NCBI GenBank assembly: GCA_027452205.1
Contig: DAIDGV010000015.1
Location: 11,111 to 75,110, forward strand
Length of the DNA: 64,000 nt
Origin: a candidate division FCPU426 bacterium
GTDB lineage: Bacteria; Oederibacteriota; Muellerivitia; Muellerivitales; Muellerivitaceae
Direction: 5' to 3'
The notes beneath the pieces were generated by a model, which worked only from the letters and a program-made list of their open reading frames with translations, had not been told where the DNA came from and did not search any database. Numbering within the stretch: position 1 is the stretch's first letter; every line of letters starts with the position of its first letter. Position numbers and translations under genes: made by a program. This document shows, in pieces, positions 63,782-64,000 of the stretch.

Positions 63782-63917
63782 AAACATTTTCACCACAGAG
63801 TACACGGAGTACACAGGGTGAAGATTGATTTTAAATCCAAAATTTCGAATTCTTAACAGCCGTACTCTGTGAACTCTGTGGCCGCCAAAGGCGGCCTGTG
63901 GTTCATGATGTTCAGCC
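63782..63917. repeat. 'empty' palindromic repeat unit of the CACAGAG family upstream of yajQ
   Basis: Left arm: AAACATTTTCACCACAGAGTACACGGAGTACACAGGGTG. An AT-rich loop follows (TTTTAAATCCAAAATTTCGAATTCTTAAC). Right arm: CCGTACTCTGTGAACTCTGTGG[CCGCCAAAGGCGGC]CTGTGGTTCATGATGTTC. Confidence 0.65.
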
Positions 63918-64000
63918 TTTGTCCGCCGCGCCCTCGGCCGTATCCGACTCGGGCAGATCGATCTCCACCACTTGGCCCGTCACGCCCAAAACTCCCAGGG
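63912..64000 (-). CDS. C-terminal fragment of an unidentified gene (start beyond window end)
   Basis: The minus-strand frame reads ...LGVLGVTGQVVEIDLPESDTAEGAADKG*. It is open to the window edge. Confidence 0.3.
   Translation of the reverse strand, partial: LGVLGVTGQVVEIDLPESDTAEGAADKG

Overview
This is a 64 kb, moderately GC-rich bacterial chromosomal window. Almost every gene is on the minus strand, and strong GGAGG-type ribosome-binding sites are visible. The lineage cannot be assigned from sequence alone; a T9SS/FlgD-Ig-like C-terminal sorting domain on the giant protein hints at an FCB-group or candidate-phylum Gram-negative, at low confidence. The backbone is housekeeping. It holds the mutS-miaB-scpB-scpA-trpS-cca-yraN run, the conserved rpsP-KH-rimM-trmD-rplS-rnhB block, yebC-ruvC-(Zn-ribbon)-ruvA, tyrS divergent from PBP1A, ppdK, glyQS, a complete rrf2-sufBCDS-sufU-sufT operon, gntK-recO-yajQ, and two tRNAs (Asp-GTC, Thr-CGT). 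An accessory-looking stretch (about 4.1-18.6 kb) carries secreted/lipoprotein beta-propeller and NHL proteins, a GH127-like hydrolase, a DUF347 membrane protein, and a 1856-aa surface-type protein with about ten tandem ~100-aa modules and an N-terminal HicB-like domain. That stretch ends at tRNA-Asp. A pilZ-pilU-pilT retraction operon sits at the 5' end. The most unusual signal is a dispersed family of ~40-nt inverted-repeat arms (core CCACAGAGTACACAGAGT). Two copies exist as 'empty' palindromic units with AT-rich loops. A third pair exactly brackets a GxxExxY (PD-(D/E)xK-fold) gene, an arrangement reminiscent of REP/RAYT. A second AT-rich repeat family (AATTCTTAATT / AATTCATAATT) punctuates operons of this GC-rich genome. 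One gene is absent from the ORF track because it runs off the window edge: a Zn-ribbon/TM/FGE-sulfatase-domain protein at 1..~1188 (minus strand). Many ORF-track starts are TTG/GTG extensions, so several starts were re-placed.
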